Source: Coprobacillaceae bacterium (GTDB lineage Bacteria > Bacillota_I > Bacilli_A > Erysipelotrichales > Coprobacillaceae). From it: DNA of 32,000 bases. Within the stretch, counting starts at the first letter, position 1. Each line of letters starts with the position of its first letter. The DNA is taken from positions 510,001 through 542,000 of the forward strand of contig OY780959.1 of the NCBI GenBank assembly GCA_963675915.1, read 5' to 3'. Of the stretch, positions 28,038 to 32,000 are shown one piece after another. The notes beneath the pieces were generated by a model. It was not told the origin of the DNA, did not search any database, and worked only from the letters and a program-made list of their open reading frames with translations. A program made the position numbers and the translations under genes.

Positions 28038-28451
28038 TTATGTGGTAATGAAGATACAGTCAAATTTTCTTGATTTTAGAATACAAAAATCTTCATAGCT
28101 TAGATTGATGTCGAAAGACTGCCGCAGATAACTGAGATACGAAGGATCGTAATGGTTGTTGTTTACAATGATAGAAACTATGTCATCTTTTGACAAAATT
28201 GAGAATGGAACCATTGATTCAATCAGGATGGCATGAGTTCTACCGCAGTCCCCGCAAATGAGCCTCATGATCCTAATTTTGAATTTGAGACCTAAAAACG
28301 ACACATTTCTAACGTAGTAGGAATGTGTCTTGAAAGAGTTTGTCGCACCACAAGAGCAGCTCATTTGTGAAAAATTGATTGAATTAACTGTGTTGGAGTA
28401 GGATTTTTGGTTGATATACTTGATTTTTGTTTCATTTTTTATTATTATCAT
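28038..28451 (-). CDS. Zn-ribbon protein upstream of ISL3 transposase (DUF6431-like, tentative)
   Basis: 137 aa with a CSCG...CGDCG cysteine pair. It lies inside the 22-bp IRs on the same strand as the transposase. The RBS is weak. Confidence 0.5.
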   Translation of the reverse strand: MIIIKNETKIKYINQKSYSNTVNSINFSQMSCSCGATNSFKTHSYYVRNVSFLGLKFKIRIMRLICGDCGRTHAILIESMVPFSILSKDDIVSIIVNNNHYDPSYLSYLRQSFDINLSYEDFCILKSRKFDCIFITT

Positions 28452-28698
28452 ATTGTTCTTATGAGCAGATAGAAATCAAACTTGGTAGGGGAGATTTCTA
28501 TCTTTTTTCCTTTCTAAAAGATGTTTATATACTAATATGATACCAAAAAAACAGGCAAAGCACCAAAATGAATCATGGAGCTAAGCCTGTTTTTTAGAAT
28601 TAAACCTCAACAATCGTTGTAGCTAATAAATGGTCCTACAAAAGTAAACCATCACTCATATTGTTCGGAGCGGCAATATTAAACTATCTTAGATACTC

Positions 28699-28720
28699 AA
28701 TAAAGGAGTCAATTCAATTT
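28699..28720. repeat. ISL3-element terminal inverted repeat (transposase-proximal end)
   Basis: AATAAAGGAGTCAATTCAATTT, a perfect complement of 21499-21520. It ends 1 nt from the LysR stop codon. Confidence 0.85.
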
Positions 28721-28721
28721 T

Positions 28722-29582
28722 TTAGTTTACTGTTTCAAGATAAGGTAGAAACGCATCCACTGAGCAGGAATGAGAGTCGCGGTATAGGATGCCAATTGTC
28801 CCAGCGGGAATATTTGAAGGAACCACTTTGAGAATTGATTCATAATTTTTCCCCCATAGCGAATGGATGACCATCATCTCATCAGATACGAGAAGTTGAG
28901 CGCATGTTGAAAGATCATATTCTTTATCAATATGCGTAACTTTTGCATATGATGATAAATTTTTAGATGAAGTTTTTTTGACATAATTGTATTTGCCGCT
29001 GATCACTTTCGCATTTTTAAGTTCTCGTGGAGTAATTAAGGGCAGATTGGCTAGGGGATGATTTGGGCTCATGCAGAAACTGAATGTATCATTGTAGAGC
29101 GGCTGGAAAACCAGACCCTCGATGAATTCTGGAGCCGGTTGGGCAATTATACTTAAATCAACTACTCCATCGGATATAGCTGCAATATGGTCATTAAATG
29201 GGATGGGAACAAATTCGATTGAAGCATCAGGAAAATCCTTGCGGAAATTCTCGTAGGCATCAAAAACAAAAGTAGGAACTTTTTCGAAAGGGCAAGCTAT
29301 TCTTAAAGTTAAATTCTTGTTTTTCTCGAGTTCCTGTCCTTGGGTACAGGCATTTTCAAAAATACGAAGGATCTTACGGGCTTCTTTGTAGAAAAGCGTA
29401 CCTGAAGGTGTCAAGGTAATACCATGATTGGTTCGAACAAACAGTTTGAATCCGATATTAGCTTCCAGTAAATTGATTTGCTGGACCAGGGCCGGGGTGG
29501 AGATGAAAGACAGGGCGGCTGCCTTGGAGAAACTATTGGTATCCGCGGAAAGTATAAATGAATGTAATTGGCGCTCGTTCAT
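28722..29582 (-). CDS. LysR-family transcriptional regulator
   Basis: 286 aa. N-terminal wHTH (LHSFILSADTNSFSKAAALSFISTPALVQQINLLEANIGFKLFVR) and a C-terminal substrate-binding domain. AAGGAG RBS. Confidence 0.9.
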   Translation of the reverse strand: MNERQLHSFILSADTNSFSKAAALSFISTPALVQQINLLEANIGFKLFVRTNHGITLTPSGTLFYKEARKILRIFENACTQGQELEKNKNLTLRIACPFEKVPTFVFDAYENFRKDFPDASIEFVPIPFNDHIAAISDGVVDLSIIAQPAPEFIEGLVFQPLYNDTFSFCMSPNHPLANLPLITPRELKNAKVISGKYNYVKKTSSKNLSSYAKVTHIDKEYDLSTCAQLLVSDEMMVIHSLWGKNYESILKVVPSNIPAGTIGILYRDSHSCSVDAFLPYLETVN

Positions 29583-29754
29583 GGCAATATCTCCTTTTTT
29601 TATAAACTGGTTATCCTTTTGAATATGGTTATTATCTCATTTGAATAGGCAAAAAGCAATAGCGTAAAGTAAATACTTTATGCGAGTCTTTGAAATCCAA
29701 ATTCCAAAAAATTATATTTTTGGTACGATAGATACAAAGAAAGTGAGTGATAAT

Positions 29755-30639
29755 ATGCATTATAACGGTCCGATCGTAAGACCACCCACTGATGCCTACA
29801 GCGTGATGCTGGAAGTAACCGTGGGATGTACCCATGATAAATGTAAGTTTTGTAATTTCTATAAAGGATTTCCTTTCAAGGTAGCTGATTTGAGTCAGAT
29901 TGAAATGGATTTAAAAGAAGTTTCATCGATAAATCCCAATGCTCGGGAAGTCTGGGCTGCCGGCGGGAATCCTTATGCTTTAAGTGTCAATAAACTGGAG
30001 AAAATTGCGCTGTTGATACGCAAATATTTGCCTTATGCTAGAATTTCCACATATGCAAGGGTCAATGATTTTATAAACAAGAGTGTTGAGGAAATCCGTC
30101 ATTTGAAAGAATTGGGATTTGAAGATATTCTAATCGGCGTCGAAAGTGCAGATGATGAACCATTGACATTTATGGATAAGGGCTACACCAGTAAAGATGT
30201 CCTTGAACAATTGAAAAAAGTTGAAGAAGCTGGTGTGGATTACCGGGTAATCTATCTTGGGGGAATAGCCGGATCTGGCAAGTGTGAGGAAAGTGCCCAA
30301 AAAACAGCAGCGGTATTGAATCAGTTGCATCCTTATATGATTTTCCTGACTTCGGTTGCTGTTTTACCGGATACAAAGCTGTATGATGAAATTGAAAGTG
30401 GCAATTTTGTCGAACCTAGTGAATTGGAACGAATCAAGGAGCTTAGAACGTTGGTAGCCAATATGAGCAATGATATATATATCTATGCCCGCAGCGTCTC
30501 TAGCGCCGTGGATTTCACCGCTAATCTGCCTGAAGACAAAGAAGCGGTCTTGGCCAAATTGGATAAAATTATTGGAAACTTTTCAACAATTGATGAAATG
30601 CGCCTTAAACAAAAACGAGATCGACTAAGAAGCGTCTGA
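29755..30639 (+). CDS. Radical SAM domain protein
   Basis: VGCTHDKCKFCNFY cluster motif with C-x4-C-x2-C spacing, then GGNP and a TIM-barrel-like pattern. I take the start at ATG 29755. ATG 29680 is possible but has no RBS. Confidence 0.82.
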   Translation: MHYNGPIVRPPTDAYSVMLEVTVGCTHDKCKFCNFYKGFPFKVADLSQIEMDLKEVSSINPNAREVWAAGGNPYALSVNKLEKIALLIRKYLPYARISTYARVNDFINKSVEEIRHLKELGFEDILIGVESADDEPLTFMDKGYTSKDVLEQLKKVEEAGVDYRVIYLGGIAGSGKCEESAQKTAAVLNQLHPYMIFLTSVAVLPDTKLYDEIESGNFVEPSELERIKELRTLVANMSNDIYIYARSVSSAVDFTANLPEDKEAVLAKLDKIIGNFSTIDEMRLKQKRDRLRSV

Positions 30640-30851
30640 TTCTAGATATTAATCTCGTGAGAAACTTTAGTCGATAATCATTAAAATATAGCTTATCTCT
30701 TTTGGCTTAATCGACAAGGGTATTTTTCTTATGTTGCATCATAACTCGAATCTGATGGTCAATTTATTCTGGCATTGCGTTAGTATTCTTGAGTTTTACT
30801 AAAAAGATGTCAGGATAAGGTTTAAAAGAGTGGCTAGATTTAGTATAATGA

Positions 30852-32000
<1,149 letters not shown>

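Larger units (their letters stand above)
21499..28720 (-). mobile_element. ISL3-family element (about 2.34 kb without inserts) interrupted by two IS66 copies
   Basis: Perfect 22-bp terminal inverted repeat, AAATTGAATTGACTCCTTTATT (21499-21520) and its complement (28699-28720). It encloses an ISL3-type transposase and an upstream Zn-ribbon ORF. No flanking TSD was found. Confidence 0.6.

Noticed and set aside
29428-29835. Short ORFs (29428-29622 + and 29632-29835 -) around the LysR / radical SAM divergent region
   Set aside because: They overlap the LysR 5' end or the radical SAM 5' end in the wrong frame or strand and have no RBS.

Overview
This is a low-GC, Bacillota-like chromosomal segment, judged from strong GGAGG-type RBSs, TGnTAnAAT extended -10 promoters and TTG/GTG starts. 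Ordinary metabolic and regulatory genes are present: an SDR oxidoreductase, a Cof-type HAD phosphatase, ppnP, two GH1 6-phospho-beta-glucosidases, a GltD-like Fe-S flavoprotein, a LysR regulator and a radical SAM enzyme. They are interleaved with an unusually dense set of insertion sequences. There is one IS110-family element, one IS1595-family element that has split a small gene (perfect 8-bp TSD), and one ISL3-family element interrupted by two identical head-to-tail IS66-family copies. Between about 14.1 and 21.4 kb lies a visibly AT-rich block of 13 uncharacterised ORFs, all on the + strand. It holds a lipoprotein, a VanZ-like protein, an acidic exported protein, six small membrane proteins (including a tandem paralogue pair), and then a metallophosphoesterase / unknown / EEP-nuclease trio. 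I saw no rRNA, tRNA or CRISPR array, and I did not recognise any known defence, secretion or biosynthetic system. The best-supported observations are structural: the nested and tandem IS architecture with reconstructable insertion order, the inverted repeat bracketing the IS110 recombinase with a possible bridge-RNA region, and a recurring 17-nt CTTAAG-N5-CTTAAG motif. The uncharacterised operons are speculative candidates only.
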